DNA of 64,000 nucleotides, taken from contig CM120642.1 of NCBI GenBank assembly GCA_051362555.1, positions 4,526,001-4,590,000 of the forward strand, written 5' to 3'. The position numbers and the translations under genes were made by a program. This DNA is from Lingula anatina (taxonomy: Eukaryota > Animalia > Brachiopoda). The notes beneath the pieces are model-generated. The model was not told the origin of the DNA and made no database searches. It worked only from the letters and a program-made list of their open reading frames with translations. This document shows positions 51,886 to 64,000 of this stretch, one piece after another (the stretch's first letter is position 1; every line of letters begins with the position of its first letter).

Positions 51886-53654
51886 ATGATCACCTGTAAA
51901 CTTCACTTTGTTGATTTAAACTTCTCAGTCAGCCACCCTGACACGTGAAACCATCAACAGTTCGAATTAACAGATATATAACAGGTCGTTAGCAGGGACG
52001 GTGCGATAACTCCAAGATTAGTGAATGCTACTAATACTTCTATATCTTGTTTATCTGTGGCGACAAGGTTAAGTTGCATCACGTTTTATAACCACCGTCT
52101 CTGAAATCTCTTTGCGAGTTTTTTCATCCTTTCTTTGGCGATTTTTGCCCAATGTAGGCAGTAAGTGGAGAAATATCCTTTATATTTCACTAGGACTGTT
52201 TTAAACTCAGGTAGCTCTTGTCGCATCGGTTGATCGAAGCACTCCACAAATTTTGATCATCTGCGAGTGGTGTGATCAAGGGTCCTCTTTTCGCTGACTT
52301 TACGGACCCCACGCTCTAAATACTGACTTTTCACAATGCTCGACTGTTGTGGGTTAGACATTTTGAATGGAGGTTATAAAACTGCAAAATGAAATGAGAT
52401 ATATCGGAATTCGACTGACGTTGTCAGTTGACATATCTTATTTCATTCAGCCATTCATTGAGCTCTAAATGAGTTAAAGCGGGAAGTGCGGCAAGACTGC
52501 ATTGCGCTGGGTTATGAAAAGTAATCCATTACTAGTAGGCCTACAGTGTATACAGGTGTACATACCTGCGGTATGTACACCTGTATACATACCTGCGGTA
52601 TGATAACGATGAAGGCCGGCTCTAGTGGAATCTTTCATAGATATACTTTTTCTTAAAAAGATGACATTATAAGCGGCGATTGAGTGGGTCAGGTAATGGC
52701 GAGGAACGATAAAAAATGACAAGGATCCTGTACTGTATATAGCTTTAAAATAATAATAATGTCAGAATTTTTCAAAGATTACGACAAGATAAAAGTTGAG
52801 AAGTTCGTGAATCTCATGCAATGTGCAGCCATCTTTAAAAAATGTACTTTGCAGGGCAGTGTACGGAATGTAAACTTTTGAATTGACCCTTACATAACTC
52901 GTTCTTGGAAAAAAAATTAACGCTCCTCGTTTCCTCGTAGTTATGTTATATAAATCTATATACTCAGTATCTTTTAGTATCTTTTCTCGCAATTTGCTTC
53001 ATGGTGAAACTAAACTTTTCATCGCAACTTTAAACGCATGTTTCAGCGGGTAAACTAGCCGGACCAACGACGATTGAAAGGTCTTATCACACCGTTATTA
53101 CAGTGTAATCATGGCATTAAAATCACTGCAAGCATCTCTGTATACTTAGCTGTAGTAGGTATACCTAGTAGGTGCAGTTGATTGTATTTAATTTAACCGA
53201 CACGTGTACTGCATGGCAGAGTATACTCAGTACATGTATATGGCACATTATTGACTTTGACACTTTAAGAAAAATATTTTCGATGCTATGTTTTTTATTT
53301 CTCTTTCATTTCAATATATTATTAGACCATTTGTTTGTATGGTTTTATGACAATTTATCACTGCCAGCATTGTTAATTCTATATAATTTATTCATTCGGT
53401 AAGGAATGTTATACAATGCAAAAAATGACCTATAAACTTTCTCTCAAGTGTAATCCTGTTGGATATTACATAGAGAGATTTGCTAGAATTTTCACGGACA
53501 TATATGTGATTTCTTTTCTGTTTTTTTTCCTGTTTGATTTAACATTGCCTTTTTATGTGTCCTACTGTTCTAAGGATTATTAGTCTTTATCAACTTCTTT
53601 GTGTGAACTTCTCAGCGACCTTCACCTCTTCAACTTCATTTCGAGGTTAACCAA

Positions 53655-53705
53655 GCCTACGCATGCGCATTTATTTACACCGCTCCTCGTGAAAACATGG
53701 CGACA
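53655..53705 (+). promoter_or_regulatory. SET proximal promoter motifs: NRF1-like ACGCATGCGCA and YY1-like AACATGGCG overlapping the ATG
   Basis: acgcatgcgca at ~53659-53669 and aaaacatggcg at 53692-53702. Both are common housekeeping-promoter motifs; function is inferred. Confidence 0.4.
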
Positions 53706-56700
53706 CCGGCTAAAGTCAGCAAACCTGAGGGCAAAAATAACCACGAAAATGCCGATGAGGCAGCAGGTGAGTATTTTTGGGGAAATCCCCCGCCTTTTAA
53801 GACCTTGCATGTAGATTAATGAAGAAAACGGACTATGAAAGGGACGTTAAAATTGCATTCGATGTCATTGTGTACTCTGACACTTTGTTCCGAATGCCAT
53901 GTGTTTCTCGCATGCTTTGTTCGTAGACGAAGTATCGAAAGTACCATTTTTCGTGCTTAGACACAGAGAACGCTGTATTAAGACGCTAAGAGTGATCAGA
54001 AATCAGAAATTCTACTTAAAACTTCCAGAAATAGTGATTTATTAGTATTAAATAATAGAATCTCACTCCTGTCCGATTTAGCATATAAATTAGAATGACA
54101 GTGATTCATTGATTGAGGGTAGTTTGCTAGTCAGAGGAACTTTTTTCCCTCCTAAACGTGAGTTTCCATGTCGTTATCACATTCCTTTCCTTCCATACCC
54201 ATTGATAGATTATAGTTCACTGAAAGCATCAATGTTTTGAAATCATGTTGACAACAGAAAAGCACTTAAGCATGTTCCTACTTATTTTAAAGAAATCTCA
54301 CTTGTGTCCATAAGTTTTTATATTCATTTTTTCCTGCTTTGTCTATTTGTTGAGAACATTGGATACACACTGCAGTGCAAAGTGTATAATTTGACAATTG
54401 TTTTGCTTTCAGTGTGTTTTTCCTTATCATAGCTGGTTAATTTGTGGAAATTTGATATCAAATCTAATGCATCCTATTGGTTTTTACCTTGTCATAAATG
54501 TACATTACGTGTCATAAATGTTCACTGCAGTAAGGCTGTTTCTTTTCATTGTACATACTTATCTGTAACAGTCACTTGTATATATATTATAATAAGGCTG
54601 TATACTCTGCATCTAGGTTAAAACAAGAAAAAATTCTCACCTTTGAAAATTGTCCACAGAGTTTATGTTCAGGCTGTTTCCTATGTGCCACAGTCCAGAT
54701 ATGAATGGGCATTTTCACCATGGGCAATGGGCTTTTGCTTTTATCAGATGTCCTCTTATTTCAGTCGGCTCCAAACTGTCACCACACACTTCTTCATAAT
54801 TAATGTCAGAAATGATCTGCCATATTCATAATCTGGTATGAGCTCAACTGGCCTTGGGGCCTGTTTCTCAAAAGTCTCAAGTTCTTGAGTTAACCTTAGA
54901 CTGCTAGAACCAGATAGCTGACTATGTAAACTCAACTTTGCATGACTGGTCTAAGAGCTTTTCAAAGTGTTTGTCCAACAATTAATGTCCCTGGCATACA
55001 ACTGTCATTACTCAGAGTAAAAACCTTTGTCAGAACATTTGAAGTTTGTATAGTTATAATGAGGAAAAAATTAATTAATCCAGCTGATGGATTCTTTGTG
55101 AAATAGACTTGGTTGGCTTTGCATGGTAGCCTACACTTTTAGCTCCAAAATAGACTTAAGGTCTCTTGAAGCATGCCAATGAAATCCATAATTATTTATA
55201 TTTGCATTTACTGATGTTCTTCATGTGAATGTGATTTAATTGGATACTTGAATATTTTTCAGACAAAGAGCAACAAGAAGCAATAGAACAGATAGATGAG
55301 GTACAGAATGAAATTGACCGACTAAATGAGCAGGCCAGCGTAGAGATTCTCAAGGTGGAACAAAAGTACAATAAACTAAGGCAGCCGCACTATTCCAAGA
55401 GGTCCGACCTTATTGCTAAAATACCTAACTTCTGGGTAACAGCAGTATCCTTTCATTGCATTAAGTCAAAATAAAACAATCATGAGAAGTGAGTGTAAAT
55501 AAAAAGGTCATGCAAGTAGATTAAGTAGATTAAAATTGGAAATAAAATATCTTATGGGACCATTTTAATGATTATTTTTAAATATAGTTGTCACCAAACT
55601 AGTACTGCCTTGGTTGAAAACGTTTATCTTAAATTTAATTTTTTTTCTACTCCTGAAAATTTATTCAAGTATGTCTTTGTCTTGTACTAGGATTTACAAC
55701 TGTACTCATTCTTAAAATAATACTATTAAAGAAACCCTTGGCTGCTAATATGTTATCTAAAATCTCACTCTTGTTCCAAGTTACTATAATCTGTTTTTCC
55801 TTTAAGCATTTCTTTTTAGTTTATAATAAATAATCAGTGTGAAGTGAAAAAAATACTTGAAAAGTTTGTAGACCACTGGTGGTTTTTTGTCCTTAACTGG
55901 TCAGTTTGTCAATCACCCTCAAGTGTCAGCACTACTCAGCGAAGAAGACGAGGAGGCGCTACAGAGTTTAACAAAGGTGGAAGTACAGGAGTTTGAAGAT
56001 ATCAAGTCCGGTTACAGGATCAATTTTGTAAGACATTTTTTTTATTACAAAATCGTATGGTAATCTTTTCTGAGAAAATTCCCTTTGAATTTTTAGTGCA
56101 TGTCCAGTAACATGATTCTCCTTGAATAAGTATAAAGTTGACAAAGTAAATTGTAATAGGTATACTTTTGTCAGACTTCTTCGAATGTCTTAAATTTTAA
56201 AGTAGTTGGCAAATTAAATTTTTCTGGGGTGAGCCTGGCATTTCTGCATTTGATGGGAGTACCTCTTAGTCTTTTCCTGAGGCAATTTAAAACAGAACAA
56301 GTGACTATATTGAGCCAGTTTTTCTGTAATTTTTATTCTTTTTACATAATCTTGGACCCTGTTCCATGTATTGTTTCAGTCTTAGTTAAGGCACCAAACT
56401 TTGATAGTTGACAAGATAAAGCCATCTCAGCAGTCTAAGATGTAACTGATGTCTCTTTATATGTTATTGTTGCCACTGTTTGTTTATGTCAGTATTAAGA
56501 TGGAATTAGTTTTAAGGCAATGAAGTTTCTTCAGATTTTTATAAATAAATAAATAGATTAATTTTGTAAATAGAGATTCAGAGGCAAAGGATTTCATGAG
56601 ATGTGTTGTGCTCCTAAAGTGATGATAATAGTTTCTCCAAACAGCTGAGCTCAGAGTTACTTGCACTCCAATATTTCTTTGTCTGGGTGTTGGACTGCAA

Positions 56701-58252
56701 ATATCTTTATGTTTGTAACTTTACTAATGTAGATCATTTTTATGACTTGAATTATTCCTGAAATGGTGCCTTAAACTCTTATGCAAGCTGTCAATGACTT
56801 TAAAGTGAAGAGTGTGACTGTGAAGAAATTCCCTCTTTTAATTTCAGCACTTTGATGTTAGCAATCCATACTTTGAGAATGATGTTTTGTACAAAGAGTT
56901 TCATCTGAACGACACAGGAGAACCATCCTCAAAGGCATCTCCAATAAAATGGAAAGCTGGAAAGGTAATCACACATTTTTCATTACAAAAGACAAGGTCA
57001 TGGATTTGGAAGTGGGCCATGTTCCCACTTACAGTAGTTTGTTTTTTTACTGCTTGTAAATAGATAACTGTAGACTGATCTCTGGTCGTGTTGATGATGT
57101 TGGTGAAAAAAAGTTCCACTATTACTAACATACAATGAATGTGTCTAAAATTTCCGTGTTGCAGTTGTTAATATGACTGTGCACTTTCTTATTTTCCACT
57201 CTGAGCTATTCAGTAACATTGTTAAATCCTATATAGTAACTCAAAAATGATATTTTATTTACAAGAAAAGTTCTCTTTTCAGGATTTGACAAAGAAGAAC
57301 AGTCAAATCAAAGGACGTAAACGGAGCCACGAGGAGCAGGAATCTTTCTTCAGCTGGTTTGGTGACCATCTTGATGCGGGCACTGATGAGTTGGGGGAAG
57401 TGATAAAAGACGACATCTGGCCAAATCCACTGCAATACTACTTGGTGAGAATAAGGCCCGGGGGGTGGGGTGTAAAAAGTAAAAGGTCAACTCTTCCCAG
57501 ATGAAGTACCTATTATTTTCTAGCTTGGCAGTGTCATTTGATTTTGTGGTTGTTTTTAGAATTATACAGTTTCTATATCACAACCTTTTTAACTCAAACT
57601 CTTTTTTAATGCGATTATTTTGAAGCTGATCTTCTGTGTTGCAGGCGTCTGAGATAGAGGAAGAGGGTGTTGATGAGGGTGAGGAGGAGGACCTAGATGA
57701 TGAGGGGGAAGAGGATGAGGGAGAGGGAGATGAAGAGGAAGAGGTGGAAGGAGATGAGGTAATGAAAGATGGGAATCTGACATAAACGGTTAACATTTGT
57801 GTTAATTTCTTGACCAAAAAAGATAAATTAAACCTGGCTGCCAGGTCTTATAAGGCACTTTTTGAAACCCACTTTCTATTGAACTATTTACCAGGCTAGC
57901 TTGTGACAGAAAATTCTGATTGTTTTATTTGGCCTGTCTTATGGCACTTGGAGGCAGGCCATATAGGCTGTTGTGTCTTTGAGTTAATCATGCAAATTTT
58001 CAACTTCTTAAACAAAAGTCTCATCCAATTTTCTAATTCAAAAATGTGGTCAAATGCATTAATTCCAAGGCTACCCAATTCTTGTTGCCTTTTTGTTACA
58101 ACTACTGCAATTACATGGCTGTTTGGGCTTAAAAGTGTTTTTCACAACCATTGTATTTAGATTGCGCTCACACAGCTCTCTCACCTAACACATTTAAAAT
58201 TTTTTGACTTCAGGAGGAAGGAGAGGATGAAGGAGATGATGATGCTGCATGA
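53697..58252 (+). CDS. SET: Protein SET / TAF-I histone chaperone (NAP family), 7 exons (53697-53766, 55263-55444, 55905-56027, 56848-56964, 57283-57444, 57645-57758, 58214-58252)
   Basis: Translates to MATPAKVSK...[69 protein letters not shown]...[13 protein letters not shown]...NPYFEN..KEFHL...[26 protein letters not shown] followed by an acidic tail. Possible long 3' UTR to AATAAA at ~60368. Confidence 0.96.
55445..55904 (+). other. U12-type (minor spliceosome) GT-AG intron in SET
   Basis: 5' splice site GTATCCTTT at 55445. Branch point TCCTTAAC at 55890-55897, a few nt before the CAG acceptor (55902-55904). No polypyrimidine tract between branch point and acceptor. Confidence 0.9.
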
Positions 58253-61200
58253 AAGAAGAAACAGTCTGACCATAGCAATTTGTAGTTAATAGCACAAGAG
58301 AAACTGAAGTCGGTATATTTTACATTCCTTCTCTTGAAAAGAATTGGAAATCTCCCGTACTGACCTTCATCAACCGAATTTTGACTATATGGACACCACC
58401 AATACTGATTCAAATTTTAAAAAAATTGTTGTAAAGTTTATTTTTGTAGTAAAGTCCTTTGCTTTCTGTACTGCCAATAGTGTTGAGTGTATAGAGGAAC
58501 AACAAGTTGTCATGTTGAAAGATCATGTTTGGATTGCCAATAATGTCTTTTTCAATAAATGTATTTATACAGTTTTAACTTCTAGGAAATGTAGGCATAG
58601 AAGTAGCCCAAAATGGTCGTTTTAATGTCAGTTTTGGTGGTGTCTAATTTGTCAGGATGTTTTTTTACTTTATATTTCTTTGACTCGATAGAAATATTTT
58701 GTGTAGATTTTCTCACAGAAGAATAAAAACCAAGAAGGACCTCCAAATGTTATGCAGAAATTTGTAAATAAATAGAGAGCCCATTAAATTCTCTTCATAC
58801 TGTAGTGGAATAATAGTGGCACGGAAATGATATCGGCTAAAATTGTGCATATTTCCACTGATCTAGAGTTTTGAAGATTTGATGACTGTCATCGTGTCAA
58901 ATAGTACCATGCGGAATGCAAGGAAAAGATGTGTCTGGAAAGGTGATTCGATCATTAAAGATTTAAGTATGGTGGATGTGCAGACTGTCACGTGTATCTA
59001 ATTTTAATCTTGGGCACAGAGAAAATAAATCATAAAAAAACAATTATAAGAACTATTTATTATTTCCGAGATTTAACTTGCCTTTTTTTGTCTCTCAAGG
59101 ATTGGGAAACTTCTTTTATATCTTTGCACTGAATTGTGTTTTCTAGAAGATTTTGGGAAATATTTCACATCTGACTTGCTTGCGTATATAAATATATGTA
59201 TTACTGTTAATAGATTACCATCATAGCCAGTGCACTTTGTGTGTGAAAATATGTGGAAGATGGGTGCTACCAGTAATGCAATAGTGGCTTTGTTCATTTT
59301 CTTTTTACAGTGGATAATTGTAAAAGCTAAGAAATGACACACGGTTGTTGTCTCTGCAATAGTAACAAGAGTAATGTGTGGTACAGAATAACCTGTATTT
59401 TGTCGGACAGAATAGTAGAATGGCATATAGAGTGCAATAGTGGATAATCAAATTGGTAGCCGTCAGTGATCAAATATGTTTCGGGGATTTAACATGTACT
59501 AATAACACAGTTTCTGTATATCTTGAGGATATGTTCAGTTTGGGCTACTATAGTTTTCAATTAGTTTTGATTCCATATCATCCACTTTGGCCATATGTTC
59601 ATATTTTGGCCATCTGCCTTGATATTGCTGATGTGTCCATAATCTGTGCAAGGAGTGGGTATAAGTGCTTGAATTGATGTTTGTAATCTTAATATTTTCT
59701 GTCAAAATTGAATGTTTTGAGTGATATCATATATTTTTAGCTCGTAGTTAACTTTCTTTCTTTTCTTGGCTTTTTGGTCTGTTGCTTTCAAGAGAATTAT
59801 TGTTGGGAGGGGGGAATTATTTTTGAAAAAATAAATTATTTCATCTTGTTCGGATTTTATAATTTGTCCGGTGACCTTCTAGTCAGGGGGGTTGACATGG
59901 AAATACTGGCAGAATATAAGTTGCTATTGTTGATGCGTCCTGCCCTTATGTTGTAATTTATAAGGGAGCTAGTACATACACATAACGCATATGTATATTT
60001 GGATGGGGAACGGGCAAAAATTCTTGTGGTCTAAACAATTGGAAGGTATGCTTTGGTTTCCTGTATATGTAAGGATAAATTTGCCTGTGTTTATAGAAGT
60101 CTATTAACAGTACTATATACAGTGATAATCGTGTGGGATGCTTTGTAGATAGATGTCAGCGGTGCAGTTCTGGTGTCAAGATAGTCCTTATCCTCTGCTT
60201 TGTTAGTGTCAGGTCTGTCTTTCAGTTTACGGTTGTATCAGCAGAATTATGATAAGAGAAAAGCAATATTGGAGCAAAGATGGTATGAATGGTATAAATA
60301 GATTGCAAGATTGGTCACTCTTACATAGGCCTGGTATCATTTGTTCTTTGTACATCAATGAGATTCATAATAAATGAACATTTGATAGAAAAAAATCCTT
60401 GTTGTGTTATCTCGGATAACAGCTGATCTGCCAAATTTTTTTAATGACGTTTCCTAAAGGTTTGAAGTTTCCAACAAATATTTTAAAAATGAAATTTTTT
60501 TGTTGAGGATGTATTGATGTATTATTTGACAACTATTATGATTCTCTTTTGCTTTATGGTATTGAAAAGTACAAATTGGATGAACTGGTCTTCATTGTTG
60601 TAAGCAAATAAGTTTCTTATGCCAAATAAAAGTGAATGTGTCAATGAACCCAAAAATTATAAAAAACAAATGTTCAGTCATGTTACTCAGAAAGTGTGAC
60701 AGACCTGAAATAAAATACTACTTCCTTTGATTTTCTTTTAAAGGCCTAAGCACCTGTTTTGTAAGCTGTTGACATCATTCTTTTACCATTTTTCTTTTTA
60801 TAACCATGGTACACCATATCTGAAAGAGCTGAGAATATTGCAGTATGTGAATCCATTTTTCAAGTGTAAAGTTTTTAATTATAAGCGTCAAAATTGATAT
60901 TTACAAGTTGCCGTCTCCATTACAATTATGACTTGCAAATTTAAAACTAAGAACTCAGAATCGGGTTTAGAGATTATAATGCATGCTATAATCCTTGAAA
61001 CATATTTTGATTTTGGTATACTTAAATGAATTTAGGGAAAAGTGTTGAAATTTTGTTTTATGAAGTTTCAAGGTCATCCTGATGAACATGTATGTAAATA
61101 TTAAAAAATAATATATAGTATGCAGATGTAAATTGTTAAATCTTAAAGATACTGAAAACTGATGATGAAATGTTCATTTTATGAACAGCACACCCGGCAG

Positions 61201-61489
61201 TTTTGTTGGTGTTCACCATGTTTTTAACTATGTGTCAATGATGCCCAATTACCTGCTCTCAACTGCTCTGTTTGACCTGGGTCTTTTTAGCAAGCTGTTG
61301 TACCGTGACCTCTGAACTGCTGGCCTGACCTGAATCTGTAGAATTGTCATGCTACCTTTACCTTTTTGTGTCTCGTTTTTGTAACAACATGTGTGACTAG
61401 TGTTTTCTAGCATTGTGCTGTGCTGCGACCTGTGTTAAAGAATTCAGCTGGCCAGTGGGTCTAAGCATGCTACAAGCTCAGTGGAAGGC

Positions 61490-62528
61490 TACCATGGCCC
61501 ATAGGAGCCTACGCGTGCGTCTTTTAGACGCCCCTTTACATGCGAAAACGACAAAGCCTATGCTGAGTTCGTCTTTTACTACAGAGCTTTGAGAACCGAA
61601 AATGACATGGCTGTGTCTCTTTCGCCACTTACTGAACTCCACAGATGCGAGATTGACACGACCCATGTCGCGTTCGTCTCTCAAATGACACTGTTATAAA
61701 ACATGAAATAGGCATAACGTGTGATTTTCGCAGCTGAATAAGTAGACCCTTATAAACGAAGTTGACGTAACTTGAGAGTCATGTCGCTTTCAACTCTTAC
61801 AAACCTCCAACAAAATCTATCTCCACACAGACGCGCGCGACATGTACTATTGGACATGGGTCAGTTGAAACCCTATTAACCTAAAGGGCTCATGTTACTT
61901 TCAGCCAACTCTTATATGTCAAATCCAATTAATTTGAAACAGTGTTGTGCTGTCCCAACACATTTTTTTCATTTAAATCCCATCATAATTTAGTGCTGTC
62001 TAGATAACAGTGTGGCTAATTGCTTGTAATAATTATATGGCCTCATATTTTTATTTTCAAGGATTCAAATATAAAGGGTTTTAAGACGGTCCTTCTGTTT
62101 CAAATTAATTGGCTGAAAGTAACATGAGCCATTTAGGTTAATGTCGCTTTCAACTGACCCATGTCCAATAGTACATGTCGCGCGCGTCTGTGTGGAGATA
62201 GATTTTGTTGGAGGTTTGTAAAAGTTGAAAGCGACATGACTCTAAGGTCACGTCAACTTCGTTTATAAGGGTCTACTTATTCAGCTGCGAAAATCACACG
62301 TAATGCCAATTACATGTTTTATAACAGTGTCTTTTGAGAGACAAATGCGACATGGGTCGTGTCAATCTTGCATCTCTGGAGTTCAGTAAGTGGCGAAAGA
62401 GACACAGCCATGCCATTTTCAGCTCTCAAAGCTCTGTAGTAAAAGACGAACTCGGCATAGGCCTTGTCGTTTTCGCATGTAAAGGGGCGTCTAAAAGACG
62501 CACGCGTAGGCTCCTATGGGCCATGGTA
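61490..62528. mobile_element. 1.04-kb foldback element with ~420-bp inverted arms and 6-bp TSD (IS3EU-like termini)
   Basis: 61490-~61908 is the near-exact reverse complement of ~62109-62528. Termini TACCATGG...CCATGGTA. Direct repeat GAAGGC at 61484-61489 and 62529-62534. Confidence 0.85.
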
Positions 62529-64000
62529 GAAGGCAACTGCACAGTAGCTCAAAGGAATTGGGAACTAGTTGCTTGTGCACTGACAGCTCCCACCCTGAGG
62601 AATTTATGAGGCATTTTATCTTTATCAGGAACCTTGAGTGGAAAGGGAAATTTAAGTTTTTGCTCTTTTTTTCCTTTCATTTTTATTTCACTTTTGCTGT
62701 AATCTGCTGCTTCTCCAAATAAACAAATGTTTGTTTTTTTCAAAAGGAAGGAAAATGTTTTGTTGAAGACCATGAATCAAGATGCCTGTCATAAGAGATT
62801 TTTTCATTTTTTAAATGGGGTAAAATTTTGACAGGCATCTTTTTTTTACTTTGTGTTTCATTAGAGGATTTTTGCTTTTTTTAAAAACTGTGTCAAGAAA
62901 GAATGTGCTCAGTAAAAATACCATAGCCACTGTAACACACAATCATTTTTTTTGCTTGCAAGTACAAAATTTATTTTTTGGTTATGTCTGAACCTTGTCC
63001 AGGCTTCGGCCATCTGGTGATCTTACCAGGTTTATTTTGAAGATTTCTATTCTGTTCTGTTTAACCTAAACTAATTCTTCCACGTCTAATAAACAGTGTG
63101 TCCAGGTGCATTGCAGATGGGCCTTGGGGGCCAAAATGGCCTGAATTACAGATTTTTAGATGGTGAAACTATATTGGACTTGGGATTTTCATTGTGATAT
63201 TGCCATTTTGCTCTTTCTATATCCTGAAGTAACCCCATAACCAAGTGTATTTTTAAGATTTTTAAGCAGAACAAAGTTGCTTTGTGGAAATGAAAGGGAT
63301 GTTGTACAGCGTTAAAATCAAGACATTTAGGGCAGTAGTAGAGGTTGAAAAATTACGAGGTAAACTACCACCTGCTGCTGGGGGGGGGGGGGGTCTGGAC
63401 TATTTCCTCCCAATAAATAAGTCCTTAGTTTAAATAAATTTAAGGTGAGGCACCCCCACCCTTTTGCCTCTACCAATTTTTTTGAGTCTTGAGATTTAAT
63501 AAAATATCAGTATAAAGAGGAATGTATTATTTATGTAATCCGATTTTTAGCTTATGACCGAAATTTATTTATAAATGTTGACAGACCCTTTTAAGTTTAT
63601 TCACAATAATGCGAAGGACTTGGATATGAAATAGGACATTACTTTCTCATCTTTTTGAGTCATTGATTCTTTTGAATTCCCCAATATCCAGTAGTCAGTA
63701 GAGGAGAAAGAGGTCCTTAAGATCATACCTGGACAATTCAGAGTAATAGTGCACCTATTAACTTAGCCTGTACATCTGTTGAAAGGCATATGTTAGTCAC
63801 TCTCACTTGTGCATAATATTTCTTTACCAGCACTATGGGTTGACCTCAACCAACCATAAAAAGATTTTTTTACAAAACATTTTTCTTTTTAATTCTTTGA
63901 TTTGAAGAAAAGTATAGTGCAGTTTGTCAACAATTTAGCTATGTAAGTTATGTATTCGTAGAATGCTTTTTGTTTCGTAGAAAAATCCAAAATATCTTTT

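Noticed and set aside
57578-57817. Ser- or Pro-rich minus-strand ORFs
   Set aside because: Antisense shadows of the exon encoding the SET acidic tail.
61478-62609. Two near-identical antiparallel ORFs (61478-61684 and 62334-62609) that look like a gene pair
   Set aside because: They are the two arms of the foldback element, start at non-ATG codons and encode no recognisable domain.
1-64000. Most remaining 60-140 aa ORFs in the track, and any tRNA, rRNA or prokaryotic-type system
   Set aside because: These ORFs are low-complexity, intronic or antisense frames without motifs. I saw no convincing tRNA or rRNA structure and no operon-like organisation.

Overview
AT-rich, intron-containing animal genomic DNA, probably from a marine invertebrate (inferred from gene content, not verified). 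I reconstructed gene models by hand from splice signals. In order: (1) a 4-exon TMEM236-like membrane protein; (2) two paralogous head-to-head 5-exon genes (4910-8778 minus, 9002-14069 plus), each splicing an N-terminal CARD exon in frame onto a complete but atypical Rab-like GTPase, with only 223 bp between the ATGs and kB-like motifs in that gap; (3) a 16-exon secreted mosaic protein (PAN/Apple, FN3, three Caspr-type fibrinogen-like domains, F5/8C, SUEL lectin) with a Chapaev-like transposon in intron 13; (4) two tandem class A GPCRs with intronless CDS; (5) an SLC23/NAT transporter with a non-canonical signature; (6) SET/TAF-I with a U12-type intron. There are also several MITEs and foldback elements with identifiable target-site duplications. 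The best candidate for an undescribed system is the paired CARD-Rab locus. All family assignments come from motif recognition by eye; no database searches were run.
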